A DNA stretch of 64,000 nt from the NCBI GenBank assembly GCA_964016885.1, contig OZ024754.1, positions 37,944,001-38,008,000 on the forward strand. Direction: 5' to 3'. The stretch comes from Eledone cirrhosa. Its lineage: Eukaryota. The notes below the pieces were generated by a model. The model had not been told where the DNA came from. It did no database searches and saw only the letters and a program-made list of their open reading frames with translations. Shown here in pieces: positions 15,198 through 28,262 of this stretch. Within the stretch, counting starts at the first letter, position 1. The number at the start of each line of letters is the position of its first letter. Made by a program: the position numbers and the translations under genes.

Positions 15198-15981
15198 CTT
15201 TAAATATATAAAAAATAAAAAAATTCAAGATTAACAAAATTCACAAAATAAAAGTTCAAATATTAGATAGAAATTGAATTTAAACTTATTGCATGAATAT
15301 AAACAATCAAACTTTCTCTGTATTTTGGTGTCAAGCATCATACACATGCTGTACAGTTGTTGGCTGTGTAAAGTGTAGTGTGACAGATAAGGCACTTTGA
15401 AGTTGTTTTGATAATCAGCTCATTATCTAGTAAATGAAGGCTCTAAATAGCCAGGTAAGATGGATTTGATCAGTGTACTGGATGAGGTTGGAAACTCGGC
15501 ATACACATACAGACTTTAAAAAAAATATGACCATAGTCAGTTGGTTGGAATACATACACATACATACTCCAATTTAGGTGAGTTAGAGGGTAAATTAAAC
15601 ACTCAGTTTCTTTATATTAACTATATCAATACTGAAATAGTAATTTAACATATGGTTCTTTTATAAAATTATGTAGGAAGATTTTAGTTTAAATAGGAAC
15701 CCTCCAATATGCATGGTTTTGGCCAGGCTGGTATCAAAATGATTAAGGAAGTGTCTCAACTTTATAAAACTATTTCTAAGGGTATCTGGATTTTGTTGCA
15801 ATATGGATAATTTAAGATTTTAGGCACAGGTGTGGTTAAGAAGTTTCCTTTGCAACTATATGGTTTAGGGTTCAATCCTATAGTGTGGCAACTTGGGCAA
15901 ATGTTTTTTTACTATAGCTTCAGGTTGATCAATACCTTGTGAAATAAATTGACAGATGGAAACTGTGTACAGAAGCACATG

Positions 15982-16260
15982 ACGTATATATACATATATC
16001 TGTTTCTACTTTAGGCACAAGGCCAGCAATTACCCAGTTCATTACTGGTACTTTATTTTATCGACCCCGTAAGGATGAAAGGCAAAGTCAACCTCGGCGG
16101 GATTTGAACTCACGTATATATACATATATCTGTTTCTACTTTAGGCACAAGGCCAGCAATTACCCAGTTCATTACTGGTACTTTATTTTATCGACCCCGT
16201 AAGGATGAAAGGCAAAGTCAACCTCGGCGGGATTTGAACTCACGTATATATACATATATC
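15982..16260. repeat. 130-bp tandem duplication of a truncated SINE plus its TSD
   Basis: ACGTATATATACATATATC occurs three times at 130-bp spacing around two identical SINE fragments. Confidence 0.92.
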
Positions 16261-17167
16261 ATTACTTATTTATGTCTTTTTTTTTTTGGCATTGGTTGGA
16301 CAGGTTGTCACATTCCAAGACTAAATAAGATAGATGACCACATCTTGCTGATACAAATCATTCTGACATGGTATCTATGGCTGGATGTCTTTCCTAATGC
16401 CAATCACTCTAGTCTGTACTGGATTCATTTTATTGTAACAGCAGTACCAGTGGACTGGGTACATTTTGTCATAGCACCAGCATTACCTCTTTACAAAGTG
16501 GACTGGTGTATTTTATCATGGCACCAACACTATTGTTTACAGAGTGTACTGTGTGCATTTTATCATGTCACGCATACTACCACTTTACAGAATGCACTGG
16601 GTGCACTTTGTGGCTCTGACACTAGGGCAAATGTTGTGCCCTCAGCCAAGCAGAGAGAGGCATTAATGAGGAGATGAGGCTTTGCACAGCAATGGTAGCT
16701 ACAGGTTATTTGCCGAAGGGGAAGGAAAGAGAGAGAGAGAGAGCATGTGTTCGATTGTTGAAGTGGTCTTGAAGGGGAGAGTAATGACACAAACAGCTCA
16801 TTAAGAGATGTGGATGCATTGAGATTGGTTGATATATGTTGATAAGACACACTACTTCATGTATAGGTAGCATCTTTCAGTGTATATGAGTCAGGGGTAT
16901 AATATAAGCATCAGAGAGCGGGGCAGATAGAACCCAAGCTATCCTCCAGTTATATTGGCAGTGAGTATGAGATGGTAGGCGGAGATGATTTAGTGAGTAA
17001 TGATAGGGTGGTGTTTAAAAGAAAGTAATGGGGCCAATATTATTGACTAAACACTTCAAGCAATGCCTCAGCATAGCCACAGTCCAATGGTTAAAATTAG
17101 TGGAAAAAAAATAGAAGTATATGAATGTTTATCAAAAGAAAAAAACAAAACAAAAAAAACAACATAC

Positions 17168-17238
17168 TTCATCATAGCTCCTGGCTTCAATGCCATGCTT
17201 CATTACCAAAGAAACTTCCCGATCAGCAGCATGACCAC
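17168..17238 (-). CDS. TMED10: TMED10 coding exon 3
   Basis: ttttag acceptor / GTATGT donor; (G)GHAADREVSLVMKHGIEARSYDE; 71 nt restores phase 0. Confidence 0.93.
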
Positions 17239-17548
17239 CTAAAACAGTTTGATTTTAAAAGTAAGATAAAGTTTTAAAAAGTTAAAGTTATAGCTCACAC
17301 CTATGTAGGTTTAGCTGGCATCTTATGAGGTTTCTTGGGTGTTTTAATGATAAAGTCCTCAGTCCTATTATGAAAAGTAATGAACTGAAGAGTCTTCCTC
17401 AAGAACACAATGAGATACTAGGTCAAGGAATTTAACCCTTGACCTTACGGGCATGAATCCAACGCTAACCACAAGGTCACAAGCCTTCATAAAATTATGA
17501 TTAAGGAAGAAAAATTAAAAGGAGGCAAAACATGTACAACTATGCTCT

Positions 17549-18511
17549 TTAACCCTTTAACATTTAAACCAGCCATATCTGGCCAGAATTCTCTCACCTC
17601 TTTCTGTTAAAACTGGCCATAAGGCCACTCATACCAATGTTACGGTATTGTTCTCAAAATTAATAATAAAATCTCATAGATTCGATATTATGTGAGATAA
17701 AGCCTTTACTGTGAAAATATAATAGTAAATATAGAGTAATGTAAATGGTAAAAGGGTTAAGACACTTATAAAGATGTGTGTGCATACAAAGGAAAATATA
17801 GAATACAGTGGAGTTTATTTTTAATCAATATTACAAACTAACACACTTCACTTTGTTGCTGTTCTTTGGTTTCTTCATTCTGAGGAATGTTTGTCAAGCA
17901 TATACTATAGAAATGGAATTTTTAATAAATGCCTGCTTTAACCCTTTACCATTTGCATTATTCTATATTTACTATTATATTTTCACGGTAAACACTTTAT
18001 TTCACATCTTACATAATATCGAATCTATGAGATTTTGATATAATTTATTTTGAGAACAATACCTTAACATTGGTAAGAGCAGCTGATTATGGCCAGATTG
18101 AACAGAAAGAGGTAAGAAATTCTGGCTGGATATGGCTGGTTTAAATGCTAAAGGATTAATGCAATCAGCACAGGTGGGATGATATTTGCTATTAGAATTG
18201 TCAGCCTTGACGGATTAGAGAATCATTTAGTTTGTTGAATACATTCTTCAAGAGGTATTCTATCAATAGACTGCATTCCTTCACCTTTTTAACCCTTTAG
18301 CATTCACATTATTCTATATTTACTATTGTATTTTCACAGTAAAGGCTATATCTTACATATTTATCTCACATAATATCAAATCTACGATATTTTGATATTT
18401 ATTTTGAGAACAATACCTTACTGTAGGTATGAGCAGCCAGTTATAGCTGGTTTGAACAAGAGGTGAAGGAGTTCTGGCCAGATATGGCGAGTTTCATTGC
18501 TAAAGGGTTAA
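17549..18511. mobile_element. three copies of a ~210-bp piggyBac-like MITE (17549-17760, 17938-18159, 18289-18511); further copies ~32240-32458, ~37670-37887, ~55932-56146
   Basis: TTAA|CCCTTTA...TAAAGGG|TTAA termini with a shared interior. Confidence 0.78.
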
Positions 18512-19257
18512 ACTATATTAAAATGATGCAAATGCAAATATATATTAGACCTCTCCACCAGATAGAGAAGGCTCCCTAATCCAATGATTGGAAGAGTAGT
18601 GTCAATTGTGTTTCAGTTTATATAATCAGTTGTATAGTTAATATGAAGCATTGTGAGATATGTAATAAATGACTGTCAAGTTTCAGAAAGTCAGTACAAT
18701 GTGGTAGAAATATATAAAGGTGAAGAATTGCAGTATAGAGATCAAATACCCCTTGAAGAATGTATTCTACAAACTGAATGGTTCTCAAATCCATCAGCTA
18801 AGACACTGAGGTCACCATAGAGGCTACGGAAAGAAATGTGGTAAATTTGGGAATCAAGGAGGCTATTGTGATTGGCAGGAGAAAGCCATAGATAAATAAT
18901 AGATTGGCTGCTCCGTGCATGTGTGTTTTAGACACTTGGATCAGTTGGGGAGGGGCATGTCGGTTGTTTTCTTTGGAACCAGCTTCATTTTTACATTTGA
19001 AAAGAGGGTAATAGCCCTGAAATATACTGGGTAAAAACATTAGTTTGTTTTATTTGTCAAGCAGGGAAAAGCGGACGTATGATGATGATGATGATGACTT
19101 TGCTCTTTATATATTTCTACCACATTGAACTGGCTTTCTGAAATTTAGGAATCATTCATATATAATCAATATTTTTCTCCCTTGGGTTCCACATAATAAT
19201 GTAGCATTTATCTTGGTTCTATTCTAGAAATGGTTATACAACCCTCTAAGTACTTAC

Positions 19258-19378
19258 CTCCTATCATCTTATTATCAAAGCAAATTTCAAATACATCATA
19301 TTCTTCAGTTGTGAAAGCAAATTTCCCTTTCTTTGCATCTTGTTTAGAATATAATATATGTCCTTTTGAATCTGTAAC
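19258..19378 (-). CDS. TMED10: TMED10 coding exon 2
   Basis: AG acceptor / GTAAGT donor; [40 protein letters not shown]; 121 nt, phase consistent with neighbours. Confidence 0.95.
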
Positions 19379-20569
19379 CTTAAGAGATAAAAATAAATAA
19401 GAATTATATTATGCTTACAAACAATGATGGTGCTCCAGCATGGCCTCAGCCATTCGGCTGGAACAGTTAAAAGCATAAAGGAGTAATACTACGGTAACCT
19501 GAAATAAATACAAGAGCTGAATATTATAAATATATATCATAATGCTGTTGAATGTGTAATTCTGGTGGTAATACATATAATTCAAACCAAGATTGCAGTA
19601 TATTTTGATAATGACTTAATTTCAATGATTATCTTAATATTATAGTATCATGTTTTAAGTAAATATTTCATTTATATTCAGTTGACAATTTGATATTTAG
19701 AATTTGAGAGAAAAAAACATTAAAACTTCACGATTTTCATGTTGCTTTTGTTTTCTATTCATTCTGAAGAAAAATGAAATATACTTTGAAAGATCAAACT
19801 TTAAAAGTATATTTTAGTATAGCCTTTTCATTTGTAAGTAAGTTCCACCAACCATGTCATTCTTTACTGAGTTTGTTCAAGTTTAATGATATGGTGTAAG
19901 CTATCTCTTAAGGTGTTTGGGTAGAGAGAATACCTTGATGTCTGGCAGCTGCATCCTTAGAGATGGACAGGTACATTGGTTCTCGCCTGACTCCCAGTAT
20001 TGGCTCTGAAAACTTTTTCGGCTATACCCTGGAAACTGCTTCTGATGGCAGGCTAAACTTAGAGAGGGACTTGATGCTTGGAGAAGAGATGGGCACAGCC
20101 AAGCATTCTAAGGCCCACTGAAATGCCATAACCTCTTTTATTAGGAATCATGTAAGAAAAGAAGGAGGAAAGGGCCTTGGAAACAATTGTGGAACAGAAT
20201 TATGGTAATACATTCCCTTTCAGTTCAAGAGATTAACATTTCCTGTTAAGGCGTTGTTTTGCCACATCTATGAAGAAACGTCTTTAAGTAGTTGATAGGA
20301 AATATACTGAGAAACGTTTATAAGTATGGTCACTTTATAACCTTACTTAGACTTAGAAGCTCCCATGTCTTGAGACAAACAAAGTGCTCCAATGACCACA
20401 GTCAGTTGCATCTATTAATACGTCGTTCCAACTTTTGTTGACAGGTTTCAGGTTTCTGTTGACTGTCTACCGCCAGTAAGTCTTGGGACGTCCTCTTCAC
20501 CTTCAGTAAATATGATGATTTCTTTCGAATGAAAAAGTTCTAGTCCTGTAGAAGCCATTATAGGTCCTA

Positions 20570-21390
20570 GTAAGTAGAAGAGAAAACAGAGCCCTGATCC
20601 CCTCAGGAAAATGGCCTTGCTCAGTGTGTAGGTAGAAATTCCATCTTCTGTCCAAAATGCAAACTATGGGTACACACAGGATCTCAGGTAGATTAGCTAA
20701 GAACATAGGTTTTACATGTAGCTGTTGCACTGGAGCAGTAAGCAGCAAATGCAGAGGACTTGTGAAGACGGGAAAGAAATGAAGCTTGCATGCTCTGATG
20801 GATGTAATAGTAATATATGTGAATAGCAAAGCATAAACAGAGAGAAATTAGGCATAAGAGGAATCAGATGCAGTGTACAGGCGAGGAGATTGCATTGGTA
20901 TGGACATGTGATGCATGTGAAGGATGGTGGCTGTAAAAAAAGGTGCAGAGCACTCAAAGTTGATGGAAGCCATGGAGTGGGAAGACCCAGTAAGGCTTGA
21001 GATGAATTGATAAAAGCTGACCTTGCACAATTGCATCTCTTGAAGGCGATGACACGGGACCGAGATCTCTGACATTATGCAGTAATACAGAAGACCTTCC
21101 TACCCATGAGCACAAGCTGAAGCATACATATAGTGTGCACCACCTTCACCTCCTTCCAAACACTCCACGCTCAAATACCCACACCTCAGCCTACACGACA
21201 AAAAGCACCCAGTGCTGACTGTAAATGTAGTTGGCATTAGGAAGGGCATCCAGCTGTAGAAATCAAGGCAAAATCAGTTCTGTATGAGTAAGACATGGTC
21301 ACTGACCCAGCATTTCTCACAACAGAACAACTCATCTAACCCATGCTAGCATGGAAAAATAGATGTTAAATGGTGATGACGATGATGATG
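20570..21390 (+). mobile_element. RTE-clade LINE 3' fragment, family B
   Basis: GKWPCSVC...RRLHWYGHVMH; same 3' UTR as 9700-10607; (GAT)n tail. Confidence 0.8.
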
Positions 21391-23595
21391 ATATATATAA
21401 AATCGTTCATTTGTCTGTCTTCTATGCATTTAAAAACCAGTGGACCAATCATGTTCAAACTTGGCAGGTGAGTTCCTTAGAGTCAGGAATAGGTTTTCAC
21501 AGTTTGACCTATATTCATTTGTTTATATGCTTGTCTGTTTGTCTATCTGTAGTCATGGTGGTCGCTGCGAATTATCTTCTTCACTACGACGGAATGTGAC
21601 GGAAAATAGAAAGAATGAAGTCAGAATTAAATAGAGTGCAGAAAGCCAAAGATGGAACTAAGCATTCAACATAGTAGCCGACAGTAAACACACTTGCTTC
21701 AGTATTGAATATCTTCCTTCTCTTCTGCATGAAAGGGGGGTATAACATAAAGCAACAATATATGCCTGCTTTAATATCAAAATCCACTCTCTCCTTTATT
21801 GATTGCAGCACATTTTGTCATACATTGTATATATATGTCATATCTACTTCATATTAAGCCCATTTGCGGGCATCGTGTTTGTATTCTAATGCACGCTAAA
21901 GGAAGTAAGTAAATCTGAGTAAGTTGTAGTTGTAGTCGGTGGTGGTGGTGACATTTTTGATGTCTCACTGTTACTATGTCAACCAACATTATTTTTCCAA
22001 ACTCAAGAAAGCGTCCAGATATAAGTTTGAAAGCAGAGGCAATGGAGAGGAGTATGGTTTAAATACACAAGTCTTTGATATTCAAATGTCTAAATGTCAG
22101 CAGAACCATACCCAGAAGTCATGACATGGATGTGACTCGGCCCACTTACAGTTTAACAAGTTAAGGGCTAAAACACTTGTTTGAGAGGGGTTTCTTTTCT
22201 GAAGACTTGCTGTCCAACTCTCGAGAGTTTTTTACCATTATCTTCATATCTTTCCCATGTGTGTGTATATATGCCACATCTTTGTATATAGCTCCATGTG
22301 TATATGTGTGTGTATCAGTCTCTCATTAAATTTTGGGTTCTTTATTTGATTTATTGAAACACTATTAAAAATAACACTTGAGAAACCTGTAATATTGTTT
22401 TGCATATTAATTTCCATTAGTTTTTGGTTGTTACTTCTGGAAAATCACTGAAGGTTAATGCAGTGAGTTCTCAATGAAATTTGACTCGACTTAGATCCAT
22501 CATTAACAAAAGAATTTTTAATTTTTAGATAAATAATAGTGACATTGGAAGCTGCAAGCAAAAAATGCCATCGAAGAATAGACTTTCATTTGGAAGAAAG
22601 TCTCAAAGCTATGACAAAGCAGTTACAAAGGGAGAATAAAAGTGAAGTGCAGTGACAAGAAAGACATAAAAAACAACGAAAAACAACAGCAAAATATAGG
22701 CAAAAATGAATCAGAAGAACAAAGATCAATCAGGACAAGGAACAACTATTTGTCAAGGGGAATTATAGATGTATGAAACTACAGCTCAAAACAGACAGGA
22801 TGAATTAGATGCATAAAGATCATCAAGGCTTCAACAACAAAGAATAAGAAGTGCACAGAATAGACAGGATGACTCAAAGGAACAAAGATCAAACAGACTT
22901 GCTGAAGATAGGACAATGAAAGCAACTATTCAAGAGGAATCAGATGTATGAAAAATAAGACAGCAAATAGAGAGAAATAGAGCAGCTCAAAGGTGGCATG
23001 TAGAAACTGAAGATAAAAACAAGTCAAAGGCTTTGTGAACAAAGAACAAGGAGAGAATATTTATGATTTAAAAAGGTTGTCGAATGGAACTTTGCTGCTT
23101 TTAGTTACAATCCACATCAAGTCTATGCCTGACAACCTTTAATTCGAATTTCCTCAATGAACAAAATTTGTCCAAATTGTGGTGTCAACTGGATTGTGCT
23201 ATTTAAATGGAAAGATTTAGTTTAGACTATTACCTGAACGATCAGAACCCTTGAGGGGACTGCTGATTGGTACAACTACTGAATCAAGACAATTTCTTCA
23301 AAATATCCAGAAATACAATAATGCATTTCAAATGACATCATTTGGTGCAAATGTCATCCACGAAAGTGGTTTTATGCCCACTTTCAAGATTCAAGGGCAA
23401 GTGTACCATAGAATTGGACAACTTCAGCCACTTTCAGAAGGAGAACCAAAATATTTACAACTATTTCATCAGTTATATGAAAACCTAAGCACAAACAAGA
23501 TATGAAAAGAATAAAGAAATGAAATCATATTGCAACTACAAGAAACAACTATATTAGTATTCTTTAACCTGGACAATGTCAGGCACTTCTGCTAG
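21391..23595 (+). mobile_element. degenerate Helitron in TMED10 intron 1
   Basis: Helitron N-terminal motif ESRQFLQNIQKYNNAFQMTSFGA...GFMPTFKIQGQVYHRIG (23251-23505); decayed 3' hairpin + CTAG|T at 23592-23595; TATATAAAA..TGTCTGTC-type 5' end. Confidence 0.78.
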
Positions 23596-23604
23596 TATAT
23601 ATAT

Positions 23605-25607
23605 CTTACGTGACAACTTACGGCAGGCTACTGATGAAACCAGACAGAGAGTGACCTAGTGGTGGAACAGCACAGTAGATAAGGCCATTAGAGACAAAAG
23701 ACTAGCATGGAAGGCTTGGAAAAAGGGTGTGAGTAGGGAAGAATATACAGCCGTGAGAGAGAAGCTAGACGTCAGGTGTAGTTAGCACGCAAGGAGGCTG
23801 AGAGTAGGAGGTTTGCTAATGTTCTGCGACAGGAAGATCAGAGGCATGCAGTGTTCCACATTGCAAGGCAGTGTGTCAATGCAAATCAGGATATTGTTGG
23901 AGATAAATGTGTCCGGAACGATGCTGGTGTACTTAGTGTCATGAATGATCAGAAAAAAAGAGGCCTGGAAATGTCATTATGAGACACTGATGAATGTGGA
24001 GAATGAATGGGAGAGAGAGAAATTACCCTCAGTAGATCCGACAGAGGGACCAGCTATTGAGATTGACGAATATAGGGTCCAAGAGGCAATTAAGGAAATG
24101 GAGAATGGTAAGGCTGCTGGACCATCGGGAATAGTTGCTGAGATGCTGAAGGCATCAGGGGACGTAGGCACTAAGCTGGTTGCACGCATCATTAATCAGG
24201 CTATATATGGTGGTGTCATACCCATAGACTGGTGCAGCAGTATTCTCATAAATTGCTACAAAGGTAAAGGGGATGCTCTGGAGAGGAGCAATTATAGGGG
24301 TATAAAACTGATGGATCAGGTTATGAAAGTGGCAGAAAGGATATTATCACAGCTAATTAGAGAAAGGGTCAAACTAGATGAGATGCAGTTTGGTTTTGTG
24401 CCTGGCAAGAGTACAACAGAAGCCCTCTTCTTGGTGAGACAATTGCAAGAAAGGTTCTTAGAGAAAAATAAGTCACTATACTTAGCCTTTGATAGGGTAC
24501 CCCGATCTGTCATCTGGTGGTCCCTAAGGAAACTAGGTGTTGAGGAATGGCTTGTGAGGACAGTGCAAACTTTGTAGAGGTACTGTCAGTAAAGTCAGGG
24601 TAGGAATGGAGTTTGAGGAATTCCAGATACAAGTAGGAGTACATCAAGGTTCGGTCCTCAGCCCGCTCTTCATTATAGTCCTCCAAGCCATAACAGAGGA
24701 GTTTAAGACTAGCTGTCTATGGGAACTTCTCTATGCTGACGATCTGGTTCTTATAGCAGAATCAGTAGAGGAGCTAGAGAATAAATTCTGGCTATGGAAA
24801 CAGCAGTTGGAAGCAAGAGGACAGAGTGAACCTAGCTAAGACAAAAGTGTTGATGAGTAGAAAAGAGGACAAAACTGATTCCGTCAGGGAAATGGCCATG
24901 TTCAATATGCAGTAGATGTACAGGGAATTAGACAGTAGAAGTAGCATTGATAGACACTTTCAAATGCAGGCGGGTACTATAGGAGTGGTGGATAGCTTCC
25001 GGTACCTAGTAGATCAGATTAGCATGGGAGGGAGGGGGGTGTTCCGAGGCCATAGTATCTAGAATAAGGACGGGTTGGAAGAAGTTTAGGAAGCTGCTTC
25101 CTCTGCTGACGAAGAAGGGTTTCTCCCTGCGTACGAAAGGCCGGTTATATGATGCCTGCGTGAGGAGCGCGATGCTGCATGGTAGTGAGATATGGCCAGC
25201 AACTGCAGAGGATATGCAACGGCTGGAGAGAAATGAGGCAAGCATGCTCCGTTGGATGTGCAGTGTCAATGTCATGAATGACCCAGCATGAATGTGTTGA
25301 GAGAGAAACTGTGTCTGAGAGGGATAGAATGTAGTGTATGGGAGAGGAGACTGAGGTGGTATGGACATATGATGCGCATGGAGGATGACCGATGGGTAAA
25401 GAAGTGCCAGGAAATGCCAGTTGAAGGAAGACTGGTAGAGGTAGACCACGAAAAACATGGGCGGAGGTAGTGAGAACAGACCTCAGATCACTGAAGCTCA
25501 TGGTGGAGATGACGAAGGACCGTGACAAGTGGGGAGATGCTGTGCTGAATAAGACCCCCCCCCCCTTGCAAGCAGGGAAGAGCGGACGTAAAATGATGAT
25601 GATGATG
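23605..25607 (+). mobile_element. 5'-truncated RTE-clade LINE, family A, with RT domain (frameshifted)
   Basis: KAAGPSGI..NYRGIKL..QFGFVPGKST..AFDRVPR..GVHQGSVLSP..LLYADDLVL; (GAT)n tail. Confidence 0.95.
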
Positions 25608-26369
25608 ATATATATATATATATATAAACCTTTCTGTCTACAGTGGAGTATGAAACATCATGAACATATTTCCTTCCTCTATCTCTAACCATTGAGATCA
25701 TTTTAGGATCTGGTGTCTCCATCTGCTATTGAGGAGTCCAGTTTCTCTTTCCAGGTATTATACTCTTCAGACAGATTTTAAGGAGACCACAAGGTGAACA
25801 TATGATTAGGCCCAATAGTTTGAGAGGTAGACTTCAAGTTGAACATTTGATAAGGCCAAACAGTTTTAATTTTATTGAAAATAGATTGTTGGTGTAAACA
25901 TATTTTAATTCTGTTAGTTTTGTATTGAACAAGACACTTTATTTCACGTTGCTCTAGTTTACTCAGCTGTAGAAATGAGTTGAGATGTCACTGGTGTCAA
26001 CCTGTATCACCCTTTGGACAACATTGGTGGTGTGGAGAGGGAAGCCTGGTATGCATGGGCTTCCACAAACAACCTTGCCCAGACTTGTGCCTCAGAGGGG
26101 GAATTTCCCATGGTCATTTGTGACCAAAGGGGGTGTTTACCCCTTTACTCTATGCATTTAACAGTAGAAGTTATTGTGAACCAAGTGACAGCATGTAACC
26201 CATACATATGTACAGGGCCAATGCAACTGTATATCCCTTAGTTTTGATTTAGATATTCAATTGAATTTTAAAAGGCGTTCTTTTTTGGAGGCCATTATTA
26301 GTAACAGCAATATCATCTGCAGAACTTAGGTTAGAAATTATTTTATCTCCTATAGAGAACCCAGTGTTA

Positions 26370-26407
<38 letters not shown>

Positions 26408-26432
26408 GCGTGTGCGTGTGCGTGTGCGTGTG

Positions 26433-26519
<87 letters not shown>

Positions 26520-27882
26520 CGTGTTTACTGTTTACGTCCAGTAAATTAGAAGCTTAACAAGAGATCGACAAAATAAACAAAAAAAAACAAATACCAGGAC
26601 TAATATGATAACAATAATGAAATAATTGTTTCTACTTTTGGCACAAGGCCAGCAATTACCCAGTACATTACTGGTACTTTATTTTATCGACCCCGTAAGG
26701 ATGAAAGGCAAAGTTAACCTCGGCGGGATTTGAACTCAGATCGTAAAGGGACGTAACTACGCTGGAAAGCATGTCTGACCCTCCACCAATACTGCCAATT
26801 CACCTGAAATAATATATACATATACACACACCCGTCCAAACCCATGCAAGCCTGGAAGATGGACGTTAAACGATGATGATGATGATGATGACACACTGTC
26901 GCTAGTAATAAATCTCTTCTGAATTCCTCAATTTATTTTGTGAGTTCTAACTCATCTATCTTCTTGAATGCGAAAGTCAGAAGCATGCTTTAGTCCAGTC
27001 GTGGGCAACCTGCAGCCCACGAGCCTTTCTCAATGGCACGTCTAATTTCAAAATTGCTTCGAAAAAGGTTACACGCGCCTAGTTTAGTCATAAATATTAT
27101 CAATGCAGTAAACGTGTTTGTTATCAACGTCAATAAACGGAAGCATCAGCTGTTGGTTTACTCAGATGTCCACGTCAGCAAAAAGCGTGTTTTACACACC
27201 TGCTGGGAATATTTTATCCATTGTGCAAATAAACTTCGTTTAGGTAATAGTGAATATTTTAAAAGTGTATATTTAATTTTTGAGAATTCCCCCCCCCCCC
27301 CCCAAGAAAACATCTAAAATGATTGAAAAGTAATCATAAAATATATTTAAATGCAGAATCTCTTAGATTACAAAGATCTTTACTGAATGCTGTTAAACAG
27401 AACAAATGCTTGGAAGAATCAATACCTAAATATGACAGCTGACATTTGGTTTTTATTTTATTCTATGCACTTTCTTCTCGAGAGGTTAACACATGATATT
27501 AGGAAAACAGTTATCTCCCGTTACAATTTACACCGGCTGTTCGATAAAATATAGAAAGGCTTCACGAAAGATAGCCCAAATTGAACAGATAAATGATCGC
27601 AGGCATCCGTGCCACTACCACTTCATTTCCTTTTTTTTCTTAAGTACAGGTAAAAGCAGGTGAAACATCATCCAAGACGGTGGGATGTGACAAATGTCTG
27701 ATCGCTATATCTAGCAGGTCGAGAAACGCGTGGAGGTTGACTGGAATGTCTCAGATATTCTTGGGAAGCATAATTGCAATGTATGACGTACATATCTTTC
27801 TCCTCAAGATTGGAGACATTTCCAACTAGAAACCGTAGCTAGAATTCGTTAATTAAAAAATTATTTAATAAGCACAAAACTA

Positions 27883-27919
<37 letters not shown>

Positions 27920-27969
27920 TACTAAAAATAATTTTAAAAAGAGGTGAGATAATAAGGAACACTCACTCT

Positions 27970-28262
27970 CCAATAATTTTTTTTAGGCAAGCCAACGCGC
28001 AGATCTGTGTAATAGCGTGACTAAGGTACTGGAATAGCCAAGCACCTTTGCGAGTACCATCTGATATCTCGACAAGGCAAGCTGTCAACGATGACAAGAA
28101 TTTCGTTGTCAGCAGCCCAGCTACTCCAAACGCCTCGAAAAAATAGTTTGTCGATTGATACCTAAATGTTATGCTGTTCGACAACGGATGCAGTGACCCT
28201 CATCTTTACTGCAGCATCCTGGATGTGTGAAGGAGCAAAAGAGTCGCTAACTATGGCGTCCC
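27970..28262 (-). mobile_element. CRE-like retrotransposon C-terminal fragment (degenerate)
   Basis: DAIVSDSFAPSH...EAFGVAGLLTTKFL...GAWLFQYLSHAI. Confidence 0.65.

Noticed and set aside
19264-19476. 70-aa ORF overlapping TMED10 exon 2
   Set aside because: Wrong frame; the spliced TMED10 frame explains the region
23631-23650. CTGATGA hammerhead-like core (also 45443, 59960)
   Set aside because: No correctly placed GAAA..UH and closing stems; the 23631 case lies in RTE coding sequence
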